Below are positions 44,401-58,269 of a stretch of DNA of 64,000 nucleotides, piece by piece. The notes beneath the pieces were generated by a model. That model had not been told where the DNA came from. It worked only from the letters and a program-made list of their open reading frames with translations, and searched no databases. The DNA lies in contig JASTWF010000035.1 of assembly GCA_030390025.1 (NCBI GenBank), forward strand, positions 1,364,001 to 1,428,000, in the 5' to 3' direction. A program made the position numbers and the translations under genes. This DNA is from Squalus acanthias (Eukaryota). Each line of letters opens with the position of its first letter. The stretch's first letter is position 1.

Positions 44401-47400
44401 GAGGGTCAGGAGTGGGGGAGGGTCAGGAGTGTGACTAGGGGAGGGTCAGGAGTGTGAATGGGGGAGGGTCAGGTGTGTGGATGGGGGAGGGTCCGGAGTG
44501 TGACTGGGGGAGGGTCAGGAGTGTGACGGGGGGATGGTCAGGTGTGTGGATGGGGGAGGGTCAGGAGTGTGACTGGGGGAGGGTCAGGAGTGTGATTGGG
44601 GGAGGGTCCGGAGTGTGAGTGGGGGAGGGTCAGGAGTGTGACTGGGGGAGGGTCAGGAGTGTGACTGGGGGAGAGTCAGGAGTGTGACGGGGGGAGGGTC
44701 AGGAGTGTGACTGGGGGAGGGTCAGGAGTGGGGGAGGGTCTGGAGTGTGATTGGGGGAGGGTCAGGAGTGTGACTGGGGGAGGGTCAGGTGTGTGGATGG
44801 GGGAGGGTCAGGAGTGTGATTGGGGGAGGGTCCGGAGTGTGACTGGGGGAGGGTCAGGAGTGTGACTGGAGGAGGGTCAGGAGTGTGACTGGGGGAGAGT
44901 CAGGAGTGTGACTGGGGGAGGGTCAGGTGTGTGGATGGGGGAGGGTCAGGTGTGGATGGGGGAGGGTCAGGAGTGTGACTGGGGGAGGGTCAGGAGTGTG
45001 ACTGGGGGAGAGTCAGGAGTGTGACTGGGGGAGGGTCAGGAGTGTGACGGGGGAGGGTCAGGAGTGGGGGAGGGTCAGGAGTGTGACTGGGGGAGGGTCA
45101 GGAGTGGGGGAGGGTCAGGAGTGTGACTGGGGGAGGGTCAGGAGTGTGGATGGGGGAGGGTCAGGAGTGTGACTGGGGGAGGGTCAGGAGTGTGATTGGG
45201 GGAGGGTCCGGAGTGTGAGTGGGGGAGGGTCAGGAGTGTGACTGGGGGAGGGTCAGGAGTGTGACTGGGGGAGGGTCAGGAGTGTGACTGGGGGAGAGTC
45301 AGGAGTGTGACGGGGGAGGGTCAGGAGTGTGACTGGGGGAGGGTCAGCAGTGTGACTGGGGGAGGGTCAGGAGTGTGAGTGGGGGAGGGTCAGGAGTGTG
45401 AGTGGGGGAGGGTCAGGAGTGTGACTGGGGGAGGGTCAGGAGTGTGACTGGGGGAGGGTCAGGAGTGTGGATGGGGGAGGGTCAGGAGTGTGACTGGGGG
45501 AGGGTCAGGAGTGTGATTGGGGGAGGGTCCGGAGTGTGAGTGGGGGAGGGTCAGGAGTGTGACTGGGGGAGGGTCAGGAGTGGGGGAGGGTCAGGAGTGT
45601 GATTGGGGGAGGGTCAGGTGTGTGGATGGGGGAGGGTCAGGAGTGTGACTGGGGGAGGGTCAGGAGTATGACTGGGGGAGGGTCAGGAGCGTGACGGGGG
45701 GAGGGTCAGGAGTGTGACTGGGGGAGGGTCAGGAGCGTGACGGGGGGAGGGTCAGGAGTGTGGATGGGGGAGGGTCAGGAGTGTGACTGGGGGAGGGTCA
45801 GGAGTGTGACTGGGGGAGGGTCAGGAGTGTGAGTGGGGGGAGGGTCAGGAGTGTGACTGGGGGAGGGTCAGGAGTGTGAGTGGGGGGAGGGTCAGGAGTG
45901 TGACTGGGGGAGGGTCAGGAGTGTGACTGGGGGAGGGTCCGGAGTGTGACTGGGGGAGGGTCAGGAGTGTGAGTGGGGGGAGGGTCAGGAGTGTGACTGG
46001 GGGAGGGTCAGGAGTGTGAGTGGGGGGAGGGTCAGGAGTGTGACTGGGGGAGGGTCAGGAGTGTGACTGGGGGAGGGTCAGGAGTGTGAGTGGGGGAGGG
46101 TCAGGAGTGTGACTGGGGGAGGGTCAGGAGTGTGACTGGGGGAGGGTCAGGAGTGTGACTGGGGGAGGGTCAGGAGTGTGACGGGGGAGGGTCAGGTGTG
46201 TGGATGGGGGAGGGTCAGGAGTGTGACGGGGGAGGGTCAGGAGTGTGACTGGGGGAGGGTCAGGAGTGTGACTGGGGGAGGGTCTGGAGTGTGAGTGGGG
46301 GAGGGTCAGGAGTGTGAGTGGGGGAGGGTCAGGAGTGTGAGTGGGGGAGGGTCAGGAGTGTGATTGGGGGAGGGTCAGGTGTGTGGATGGGGGAGGGTCA
46401 GGAGTGTGACTGGGGGAGGGTCTGGAGTGTGAGTGGGGGAGGGTCAGGAGTGTGAGTGGGGGAGGGTAAGGAGTGTGATTGGGGGAGGGTCAGGTGTGTG
46501 GATGGGGGAGGGTCAGGAGTGTGACTGGGGGAGGGTCAGGAGTGTGACTGGGGGAGGGTCAGGTGTGTGGATGGGGGAGGGTCAGGAGTGTGACTGGGGG
46601 AGGGTCAGGAGTGTGACTGGGGGAGGGTCAGGTGTGTGGATGGGGGAGGGTCCGGAGTGTGACTGGGGGAGGGTCAGGAGTGTGACGGGGGGATGGTCAG
46701 GTGTGTGGATGGGGGAGGGTCAGGAGTGTGACTGGGGGAGGGTCAGGAGTGTGATTGGGGGAGCGTCCGGAGTGTGAGTGGGGGAGGGTCAGGAGTGTGA
46801 CTGGGGGAGGGTCAGGAGTGTGACTGGGGGAGAGTCAGGAGTGTGACGGGGGGAGGGTCAGGAGTGTGACTGGGGGAGGGTCAGGAGTGGGGGAGGGTCA
46901 GGAGTGTGACTGGGGGAGTGTCAGGAGTGTGACTGGGGGAGGGTCAGGAGTGTGACTGGGGGAGGGTCAGGAGTGTGACTGGGGGAGGGTCAGGAGTGTG
47001 AGTGGGGGAGGGTCAGGAGTGTGATTGGGGGAGGGTCAGGAGTGTGATTGGGGGAGGGTCCGGAGTGTGACTGGGGGAGGGTCAGGAGTGTGACTGGAGG
47101 AGGGTCAGGAGTGTGACTGGGGGAGAGTCAGGAGTGTGACTGGGGGAGGGTCAGGTGTGTGGATGGGGGAGGGTCAGGTGTGGATGGGGGACGGTCAGGA
47201 GTGTGACTGGGGGAGGGTCAGGAGTGTGACTGGGGGAGAGTCAGGAGTGTGACTGGGGGAGGGTCAGGAGTGTGACTGGGGGAGGGTCAGGAGTGGGGGA
47301 GGGTCAGGAGTGTGACTGGGGGAGGGTCAGGAGTGGGGGAGGGTCAGGAGTGTGACTGGGGTCGGGTCTGGAGTGTGACTGGGGGAGGGTCAGGAGTGTG

Positions 47401-49410
47401 ATTGGGGGAGGGTCCGGAGTGTGAGTGGGGGAGGGCCAGGAGTGTGACTGGGGGAGGGTCAGGAGTGTGACTGGGGGAGAGTCAGGAGTGTGACGGGGGA
47501 GGGTCAGGAGTGTGACTGGGGGAGGGTCAGCAGTGTGACTGGGGGAGGGTCAGGAGTGTGAGTGGGGGAGGGTCAGGAGTGTGAGTGGGGGAGGGTCAGG
47601 AGTGTGAGTGGGGGAGGGTCAGGAGTGTGACTGGGGGAGGGTCAGGAGTGTGACTGGGGGAGGGTCAGGAGTGGGGGAGGGTCAGGAGTGTGACTGGGGG
47701 AGGGTCAGGAGTGGGGGAGGGTCAGGAGTGTGACTGGGGTCGGGTCTGGAGTGTGACTGGGGGAGGGTCAGGAGTGTGATTGGGGGAGGGTCCGGAGTGT
47801 GAGTGGGGGAGGGCCAGGAGTGTGACTGGGGGAGGGTCAGGAGTGTGACTGGGGGAGAGTCAGGAGTGTGACGGGGGAGGGTCAGGAGTGTGACTGGGGG
47901 AGGGTCAGCAGTGTGACTGGGGGAGGGTCAGGAGTGTGAGTGGGGGAGGGTCAGGAGTGTGAGTGGGGGAGGGTCAGGAGTGTGAGTGGGGGAGGGTCAG
48001 GAGTGTGACTGGGGGAGGGTCAGGAGTGTGACTGGGGGAGGGTCAGGAGTGTGGATGGGGGAGGGTCAGGAGTGTGACTGGGGGAGGGTCAGGAGTGTGA
48101 TTGGGGGAGGGTCCGGACTGTGAGTGGGGGAGGGTCAGGAGCGTGACGGGGGGAGGGTCAGGAGTGTGACTGGGGGAGGGTCAGGAGCGTGACGGGGGGA
48201 GGGTCAGGAGTGTGGATGGGGGAGGGTCAGGAGTGTGACTGGGGGAGGGTCCGGAGTGTGACTGGGGGAGGGTCAGGAGTGTGAGTGGGGGGAGGGTCAG
48301 GAGTGTGACTGGGGGAGGGTCAGGAGTGTGAGTGGGGGGAGGGTCAGGAGTGTGACTGGGGGAGGGTCAGGAGTGTGACTGGGGGAGGGTCAGGAGTGTG
48401 AGTGGGGGAGGGTCAGGAGTGTGAGTGGGGGAGGGTCAGGAGTGTGACTGGGGGAGGGTCAGGAGTGTGACTGGGGGAGGGTCAGGAGTGTGACTGGGGG
48501 AGGGTCAGGAGTGTGACTGGGGGAGGGTCAGGAGTGTGATTGGGGGAGGGTCTGGAGTGTGAGTGGGGGAGGGTCAGGAGTGTGACTGGGGGAGGGTCAG
48601 GAGTGGGGGAGGGTCAGGAGTGTGACTGGGGGAGGGTCAGGAGTGTGGATGGGGGAGGGTCAGGAGTGTGACTGGGGGAGGGTCAGGAGTGTGATTGGGG
48701 GAGGGTCCGGAGTGTGAGTGGAGGAGGGTCAGGTCTGTGACTGGGGGAGGGTCAGGAGTGTGACTGGGGGAGGGTCAGGAGTGTGACTGGGGGAGGGTCA
48801 GGAGTGTGACGGGGGAGGGTCAGGTGTGTGGATGGGGGAGGGTCAGGAGTGTGACTGGGGGAGGGTCAGGAGTGTGACTGGGGGAGGGTCAGGAGTGTGA
48901 CTGGGGGAGGGTCAGGAGTGTGAGTGGGGGAGGGTCAGGAGTGTGATTGGGGGAGGTTCCGGAGTGTGAGTGGGGGAGGGTCAGGAGTGTGACTGGGGGA
49001 GGGTCAGGAGTGGGGGAGGGTCAGGAGTGTGACTGGGGGAGGGTCAGGAGTGTGGATGGGGGAGGGTCAGGAGTGTGACTGGGGGAGGGTCAGGAGTGTG
49101 ATTGGGGGAGGGTCCGGAGTGTGAGTGGAGGAGGGTCAGGTCTGTGACTGGGGGAGGGTCAGGAGTGTGACTGGGGAAGGGTCAGGAGTGGGGGAGGGTC
49201 AGGAGTGTGACTGGGGGAGGGTCAGGAGTGTGACTGGGGGAGGGTCAGGAGTGTGACGGGGGAGGGTCAGGAGTGTGACTGGGGGAGGGTCAGGAGTGTG
49301 ACTGGGGGAGGGTCCGGAGTGTGAGTGGGGGAGGGTCAGGAGTGTGACTGGGGGAGAGTCAGGAGTGTGACTGGGGGAGGGTCAGGAGTGTGACGGGGGA
49401 GGGTCTGGAG

Positions 49411-50380
49411 TCATAGAGTTATACAGCACAGAAAGAGGCCCTTCGGCCCATCGTGTCTGCGCCAGCCATCAAGCCCTGTCTATTCTAATCCCATTTTCCA
49501 GCACTTGGTCCGTAGCCTTGTATGCTATGGCATTTCAAGTGCTCATCTAAATGCTTCTTGAATGTTGTGAGGGTTCCTGCCTCTACCACTCTTTCAGGCA
49601 GTGATTTCCAGATTCCAACCACCCTCTGGCTGAAAAAGTTTTTCCTCAAATCCCCTCTAAACCTCCTGCCCCTTACCTTGAAACTATGCCCCCTGGTTAT
49701 TGACCCCTCTACTAAGGGGAAAAGTTCCTTTCTATCTACCCTATCTATGCCCCTCATAATTTTGTACACCTCAATCAGGTCCCCCCTCAGCCTTCTCTGC
49801 TCTAAGGAAAACAACCCCAGCCTGTCCAGTCTCTCTTCATAGCTGAAGCGCTCCAGCCCAGGTAACATCCTGGTGAATCTCCTCTGCACCCTCTCCAATG
49901 CAATCACATCCTTCCTATAGTGTGGCGACCAGAACTGCACACAGTATTCCAGCTGTGGCCTAACTAACGTTTTGTACAGCTCCATCATAACCTCCCTGCT
50001 CTTATATTCTATGCCTCCGTTAATGAAGGCAAGTATCCCATATGCCTTTTTAACCACCTTATCTACCTTTCCTGCTGCCTTCAGGGATCTATGCACATTC
50101 ACACCAAGGTCCCTCTGTTCCTCTGTCCTTCCTAGGATCCTACCATTCATTGCGTATTCCCTTGCCTTGTTAGTCCTTCCAAAATGCATCACCTCACACT
50201 TTTCAGGGTTAAATTCCATTTGCCACTGTTCTGCCCATCTGACCAACCCGTCTATATCGTCCTGTAGCCTGAGGCTGTCCTCCTCGGTATTTACCACTCC
50301 ACCAATTTTCGTGTCATCTGCGAACTTACTGATCATACCTCCTACATTCATAACTAAATCATTAATGTACACGACAAACA
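49411..50380 (-). mobile_element. CR1 3' fragment in minisatellite, copy 1
   Basis: Open 295-aa ORF2 C-terminus (FADD...GKWD). Confidence 0.95.
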
Positions 50381-50721
50381 GGAGTGTGACTGGGGGAGGG
50401 TCAGGAGTGTGACTGGGGGAGGGTCAGGAGTGTGACTGGGGGAGGGTCAGGAGTGGGGGAGGGTCAGGAGTGTGACTGGGGGAGGGTCAGGAGTGTGACT
50501 GGGGGAGGGTCAGGAGTGTGACTGGGGGAGGGTCAGGAGTGTGACGGGGGGAGGGTCAGGAGTGTGACGGGGGAGGGTCAGGAGTGTGACTGGGGGAGGG
50601 TCAGGAGTGTGACTGGGGGAGGGTCCGGAGTGTGAGTGGGGGAGGGTCAGGAGTGTGACTGGGGGAGAGTCAGGAGTGTGACTGGGGGAGGGTCAGGAGT
50701 GTGACGGGGGAGGGTCTGGAG

Positions 50722-51691
50722 TCATAGAGTTATACAGCACAGAAAGAGGCCCTTCGGCCCATCGTGTCTGCGCCAGCCATCAAGCCCTGTCTATTCTAAT
50801 CCCATTTTCCAGCACTTGGTCCGTAGCCTTGTATGCTATGGCATTTCAAGTGCTCATCTAAATGCTTCTTGAATGTTGTGAGGGTTCCTGCCTCTACCAC
50901 TCTTTCAGGCAGTGATTTCCAGATTCCAACCACCCTCTGGCTGAAAAAGTTTTTCCTCAAATCCCCTCTAAACCTCCTGCCCCTTACCTTGAAACTATGC
51001 CCCCTGGTTATTGACCCCTCTACTAAGGGGAAAAGTTCCTTTCTATCTACCCTATCTATGCCCCTCATAATTTTGTACACCTCAATCAGGTCCCCCCTCA
51101 GCCTTCTCTGCTCTAAGGAAAACAACCCCAGCCTGTCCAGTCTCTCTTCATAGCTGAAGCGCTCCAGCCCAGGTAACATCCTGGTGAATCTCCTCTGCAC
51201 CCTCTCCAATGCAATCACATCCTTCCTATAGTGTGGCGACCAGAACTGCACACAGTATTCCAGCTGTGGCCTAACTAACGTTTTGTACAGCTCCATCATA
51301 ACCTCCCTGCTCTTATATTCTATGCCTCCGTTAATGAAGGCAAGTATCCCATATGCCTTTTTAACCACCTTATCTACCTTTCCTGCTGCCTTCAGGGATC
51401 TATGCACATTCACACCAAGGTCCCTCTGTTCCTCTGTCCTTCCTAGGATCCTACCATTCATTGCGTATTCCCTTGCCTTGTTAGTCCTTCCAAAATGCAT
51501 CACCTCACACTTTTCAGGGTTAAATTCCATTTGCCACTGTTCTGCCCATCTGACCAACCCGTCTATATCGTCCTGTAGCCTGAGGCTGTCCTCCTCGCTA
51601 TTTACCACTCCACCAATTTTCGTGTCATCTGCGAACTTACTGATCATACCTCCAACATTCATAACTAAATCATTAATGTACACGACAAACA
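50722..51691 (-). mobile_element. CR1 3' fragment in minisatellite, copy 2
   Basis: Same junctions as copy 1 and near-identical sequence. Confidence 0.95.
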
Positions 51692-53233
51692 GGAGTGTGA
51701 CTGGGGGAGGGTCAGGAGTGTGACTGGGGGAGGGTCAGGAGTGTGACTGGGGGAGGGTCAGGAGTGTGACTGGGGGAGGGTCAGGAGTGTGACTGGGGGA
51801 GGGTCAGGAGTGGGGGAGGGTCAGGAGTGTGAGTGGGGGAGGGTCAGGAGTGTGACGGGGGGAGGATCAGGAGTGTGACTGGGGGAGGGTCGGGAGTGTG
51901 ACTGGGGGAGGGTCAGGAGTGGGGGAGGGTCAGGAGTGTGACTGGGGGAGGGTCAGGAGTGTGACTGGGGGAGGGTCAGGAGTGTGAGTGGGGGAGGGTC
52001 AGGAGTGTGAGTGGGGGAGAGTCAGGAGTGTGACTGGGGGAGGGTCTGGAGTGCGACTGTGGGAGGGTCCGGAGTGTGACTGGGGGAGGGTCAGGAGTGT
52101 GGATGGGGGAGAGTCAGGAGTGTGACTGGGTGAGGGTCAGGAGTGTGACTGGGGGAGGGTCAGGAGTGTGACTGGGGGAGGGTCAGGAGTGTGACTGGGG
52201 GAGGGTCAGGAGTGTGACTGGGGGAGGGTCGGGAGTGTGGATGGGGGAGGGTCCGGAGTGTGACTGGGGGAGGGTCAGGAGTGTGGATGGGGGAGGGTCA
52301 GGAGTGTGACTGGGGGAGGGTCCGGAGTGTGACTGGGGGAGAGTCAGGAGTGTGACTGGGGGAGGGTCCGGAGTGTGACTGGGGGAGGGTCAGGAGTGTG
52401 ACTGGGGGAGGGTCCGGAGTGTGAGTGGGGGAGGGTCAGGAGTGTGACTGGGGGAGGGTCAGGTGTGTGGATGGGGGAGGGTCAGGAGTGTGACGGGGGG
52501 AGGGTCAGGAGTGTGACTGGGGGAGGGTCGGGAGTGTGACTGGGGGAGGGTCAGATGTGGGGGAGGGTCAGGAGTGTGACTGGGGGAGGGTCAGGAGTGT
52601 GACTGGGGGAGGGTCGGGAGTGTGACTGGGGGAGGGTCAGATGTGGGGGAGGGTCAGGAGTGTGACTGGGGGAGGGTCAGGAGTGTGAGTGGGGGAGGGT
52701 CAGGAGTGTGACGGGGGGAGGGTCAGGAGTGTGACTGGGGGAGAGTCAGGAGTGTGACTGGGGGAGGGTCTGGAGTGTGACTGTGGGAGGGTCAGGAGTG
52801 TGACTGGGGGAGGGTCCGGAGTGTGACTGGGGGAGGGTCAGGAGTGTGACGGGGGGAGGGTCAGGTGTGTGGATGGGGGAGGGTCAGGAGTGTGACTGGG
52901 GGAGGGTCAGGAGTGTGACTGGGGGAGGGTCCGGAGTGTGACTGGGGGAGGGTCAGGAGTGTGACTGGGGGAGGGTCAGGAGTGTGACTGGGGGAGGGTC
53001 CGGAGTGTGACTGGGGGAGGGTCAGGAGTGTGACTGGGGAAGGGTCAGGAGTGTGACTGGGGGAGGGTCAGGAGTGTGACGGGGGAGGGTCAGGAGTGTG
53101 ACTGGGGGAGGGTCAGGAGTGTGACTGGGGGAGGGTCCGGAGTGTGAGTGGGGGAGGGTCCGGAGTGTGAGTGGGGGAGGGTCAGGTGTGTGGATGGGGG
53201 AGGGTCAGGAGTGTGACTGGGGAGGGTCTGGAG

Positions 53234-54203
53234 TCATAGAGTTATACAGCACAGAAAGAGGCCCTTCGGCCCATCGTGTCTGCGCCAGCCATCAAGCCCT
53301 GTCTATTCTAATCCCATTTTCCAGCACTTGGTCCGTAGCCTTGTATGCTATGGCATTTCAAGTGCTCATCTAAATGCTTCTTGAATGTTGTGAGGGTTCC
53401 TGCCTCTACCACTCTTTCAGGCAGTGATTTCCAGATTCCAACCACCCTCTGGCTGAAAAAGTTTTTCCTCAAATCCCCTCTAAACCTCCTGCCCCTTACC
53501 TTGAAACTATGCCCCCTGGTTATTGACCCCTCTACTAAGGGGAAAAGTTCCTTTCTATCTACCCTATCTATGCCCCTCATAATTTTGTACACCTCAATCA
53601 GGTCCCCCCTCAGCCTTCTCTGCTCTAAGGAAAACAACCCCAGCCTGTCCAGTCTCTCTTCATAGCTGAAGCGCTCCAGCCCAGGTAACATCCTGGTGAA
53701 TCTCCTCTGCACCCTCTCCAATGCAATCACATCCTTCCTATAGTGTGGCGACCAGAACTGCACACAGTATTCCAGCTGTGGCCTAACTAACGTTTTGTAC
53801 AGCTCCATCATAACCTCCCTGCTCTTATATTCTATGCCTCCGTTAATGAAGGCAAGTATCCCATATGCCTTTTTAACCACCTTATCTACCTTTCCTGCTG
53901 CCTTCAGGGATCTATGCACATTCACACCAAGGTCCCTCTGTTCCTCTGTCCTTCCGAGGGTCCTACCATTCATTGCGTATTCCCTTGCCTTGTTAGTCCT
54001 TCCAAAATGCATCACCTCACACTTTTCAGGGTTAAATTCCATTTGCCACTGTTCTGCCCATCTGACCAACCCGTCTATATCGTCCTGTAGCCTGAGGCTG
54101 TCCTCCTCGCTATTTACCACTCCACCAATTTTCGTGTCATCTGCGAACTTACTGATCATACCTCCTACATTCATAACTAAATCATTAATGTACACGACAA
54201 ACA
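53234..54203 (-). mobile_element. CR1 3' fragment in minisatellite, copy 3
   Basis: Same junctions as copy 1 and near-identical sequence. Confidence 0.95.
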
Positions 54204-54589
54204 GGAGTGTGACTGGGGGAGAGTCAGGAGTGTGACTGGGGGAGGGTCAGGAGTGTGACTGGGGGAGGGTCAGGAGTGTGACTGGGGGAGGGTCAGGTGT
54301 GTGGATGGGGGAGGGTCAGGAGTGTGACTGCAGGAGGGTCAGGAGTGTGACTGTGGGAGGGTCAGGAGTGTGACTGGGGGAGGGTCAGGTGTGTGGATGG
54401 GGGAGGGTCAGGTGTGTGACTGGGGGGAGGGTCAGGAGTGTGACTGTGGGAGGGTCAGGAGTGTGACTGGAGGAGGGTCAGGAGTGTGACTGTGGGAGGG
54501 TCAGGAGTGTGGATGGGGGAGGGTCAGGAGTCTGGATGGGGCAGGGCCAGGAGTCTGGATGGGGCAGGATCAGGAGTCTGGATGCACCA

Positions 54590-57500
54590 GGGTGTAACAT
54601 TTGCAATTCTCCACTCCTTTGGCACCAGTCCTGTATCTAAGGCGGATTGGAAGATTGTAGCTAGCACCTCCACAATTTCTACCCTTACTTCCCTCAGCAA
54701 CCTAGGATGCATCCCATCCAGTCCAGGTGACTTATCTACTTTAAGCACTCCCAGCCTTCCTAGTACCTTCTCTTTATCTATTTTTATCTCATCCACTTTC
54801 CCGGCAACCTCTTCATTTACCATAGCTTTGATAATGTCCTCTTCCTGATCTTCTACCTCATCTCCACTTTCCCGCGCTATCCCCTTATCCCTTGATTCCC
54901 TTAATAGAATCATAGAAAGTGACAGCACGGAAGGAGGCCATTTCAGCCCATCGTGTCCGCACCGGCCAACAAAGAGCGATCCAGCCTAATCCCACTTCCC
55001 AGCTCTTGATCCGTAGCCCAGCAGGTTAGAGCATCCGAAGTGCACATCCAAGTACTTTTTAAATGTGGTTAGGGTTTCTGCCTTTACCACCCTTTCAGGC
55101 AGTGAGTTCCAAACCCTCACCACCCTCTGGGTGAAGACATTTCCCCTCAAATCTCCTCTAAACCTTCCCCCAATTACTTTAAATCTATGCCCCCTGGTTT
55201 TTGACCCCTCTGCTAAGGGAAATAGGTCCTTTCTATCAACTTTATCTGTGCCCCTCATAATTTTATACACCTCAATAAGTTCTCCCCTCAGCCTCCTCTG
55301 TTCCAAGGAAAACAGACCCAGCCTATCCAGTCTTTCCTCATAGCTAAGATTCCCTACTCCCGGCAACACCCTTGTAAATCTCTTCTGTACCCTCTCTAGT
55401 GCAATCACATCTTTCCTGTAATGTGGTGACTGGAACTGCACGCAGTACTCTAGCTGAGGCCTAACCTAGTGTTTTATACAGTTGAAGCATAACCCCCCTG
55501 CTCTTGTATTCTATGCCACGGCTAATAAAGGCAAGCATTCCGTATGCCTTCTTAACCAACTTATCTACTTGGCCTGCTACCTTCAGGGATCTGTAGACAT
55601 GCACTCCAAGGTCCCTTTGTTCCTCTACACTACTCAGTGTCCTACCATTTAATGTGTATTCCCTTTCCTTGTTCGCCCTCCCCAAATGCATTACCTCACA
55701 CTTCCCCGGATTGAATTCCATTTGCCACTGTTCTGCCCACCTGACCAATTTATTGATATCTTCCTGCAGTCTACAGCTTCCTTCTTCAGTATCAACCACA
55801 CAGCCGATTTTAGTATAATCTGCAAACTTCTTAATCATACCCCCTATATTCAAGTCAAGATCATTGATATATACCACAAAAAGCAAGGGACCTAGTACTG
55901 AGCCCTGCGGAACCCCACTGGAAACAGCCTTCCAGACACAAAAACACCCATCAACCATTACCCTCTGCTTCCTGTCTCCGAGCCAGTTTTGAATCCAACT
56001 TGACACTTTGCCCTGGATCCCATGGGCTTTTAACTTCGTGACCAGTCTGCCATGTGGAACCTTATCAAAAGCCTTGCTAAAGTCCATATACACTACATCA
56101 AACGCACTAACCTCATCTACCCTCCTTGTTACCTCCTCAAAAAATTCATTCAAGTTTGTCAGACATGACCTTCCCTTAACAAATCCGTGCTGACTATCCT
56201 TGATTAATCCGTGTCTTTCTAAATGAAGATTTATCCTATCCTTCAGAATTCTTTCCAATAATTTCCCCACCACCGAGGTTAGGCTGACTGGCCTGTAATT
56301 ACTCGGTCTATCCTTTTCTCTCTTTTTAAACAAGGGTACCACATTAGCAGTCCCACAGTCCTCCGGCACCACACCTGAAGCCAGAGAGGATTGAAAAATG
56401 ATGGTCAGGGCCTCTGCTATTTCTTCTTTTGCTTTGCTTAACAGCCAGGCCTGGGGATTTATCCACTTTTAAAGCTGCTAAACCCCTTAATACTTCCTCT
56501 CTCACTATGTTTATTTCATCTAATATTTCACACTCCTCCCCCCCGATAGCAATGTCTGCTTCGCCCCCCTCCTTTGTGAAAATATCCAAAAATCTGTCGA
56601 TCTCTGTCTTGAATGTACTCAACGACTGAGCATCCACAGCCTTCAGGGGTAGAGAATTCCAAAGATTCACAACCATTACCTCAGTCCTAAATGGCCGACC
56701 CCTTATTCTGAAACTGTGATCCCTGGTTCTAGACTCCCCAGCCAGGGGAAATATCCCACCAACATCTACCATGTCAAGCCCTGTAAGAATTTTACATGTT
56801 TCAATGAGATCACCTCTGATTCTTCTTAATTCTCGGGAATATAGTCCTAGTCTCCTCATTCTCTCCCCATAGGACAACCCTCCCCATCCCAGAAATCAGT
56901 CTGGTGAACCTTCGTTGCACTCCCTCTAAGGCAAGGAGACTAAAACGGTACACAATACTTCAGGTGTGTACTCACCAAGGCCCTATATAATTGCAGTAAG
57001 ACTTCTTTATTCTTATACTCTAATCCTTTTGTAATAAATACTAAAATTTAAGGAAGCAAGCAATGAAGGTATGATGAACCTTTATAAAACACTGGTTCGG
57101 CCTCAACTGGAGTATTGTGTCCAATTCTGGGCAACGCACTTTAGGAAGGATGTGAAGGCCTTAGAGAGGGTGCAGGAAAGATTTACGAAAATTCTTCCAG
57201 GGATGAGGGACTTCAGTTACGTTGATAGACTGGAGAAGCTGGGGTCGTTCTCCTTAGAGCAGAGAAGGTTGAGAGGAGATATGATAGAGGTGTTCAAAAT
57301 CATGAGGGGTCTGGACAGAGTAGATAGAGAGAAACTGTTCCCATTGGCGGAAGGGTCGAGAACCAGAGGACACAGATTTAAGGTGATTGACAGAAGAACC
57401 AAAGGCGACATAAGGAAAAACTTTTTTATGCAGCGAGTGGTTATGATCTGGAATGCACTGCCTGAGAGGGTGGTGGAGGCAGACTCCATCGCGGCTTTCA

Positions 57501-58105
57501 AAAGGGAGTTGGATAAGTACCTGAAGGAAACATTTTTGCAGGGCTACGGGGAAAGGGCGGGGGAGTGGGACTGGCTGAAGTGCTCTTGCAGAGAGCCGGC
57601 ACGGGCTCAACGGGCCGAATGGCCTCCTTCTGTGCTCCAACCATTCTATGATTCTATGAAATACCATTTGCTTTCTTAATTGCTTGCTGTACCTGCAGGC
57701 TAACTTTCAGTGATTTGTGTACAAGGACACCCAGGTCCCTCTGAACACCAACATTTCCCAATCTCTCACCATTTAAAAAATATTCTGCTCTTCTATTTTT
57801 CCTACCAAAGTGGATAACTTCACATTTCTCTACATTATATTCCATCTGCCGTGTTCTTGCCCACTCACTTAACCTGTCTTTACCACTTTGCAGCCTCATT
57901 GCATCCTCTCCACAACTTACTTACCTCAGACATGCCTTCGACCTTCACCAATAGATTTCCATTGTGGTCCCGAATCAGTACCACCGCTCCTCTGACAACC
58001 CTTTTATTGTTAATATGCCGATAGAAGACCTTTCCATTCTCTTTTACCTTAGCCGCCAATCTATTCTCGCACCATCTCTTTCACTCTCTCATTTCCTTTT
58101 CCATT
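54590..58105. mobile_element. Cluster of nested CR1 fragments (mostly - strand; + strand copy at about 57070-57658)
   Basis: ORFs 54524..54928, 54986..55441, 55461..56372, 56344..56877, 57071..57679 and 57654..57899 all carry CR1 ORF2 motifs. Confidence 0.9.
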
Positions 58106-58269
58106 TAGAGTCCAAGAGCTGGATTTTACCAGCCCTAAGGAGGCTGGGGCTGCTGGGAAAATGTGAAAAATTGGGAGCGGGTCCCAACTCCACTCCCAGC
58201 CTGCCTCCGAACCATCTTCCCGGGAGGCGGGTCCTCAACTCACGTAGGGACCCGTCTCCTAGCGGCAGG

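Larger units (their letters stand above)
41520..54585 (+). repeat. About 13-kb G-rich 23-bp minisatellite with higher-order duplications and three CR1 inserts
   Basis: Unit GGGGGAGGGTCAGGAGTGTGACT; variant pattern recurs at a 1694-bp offset (42416 vs 44110). Confidence 0.97.
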
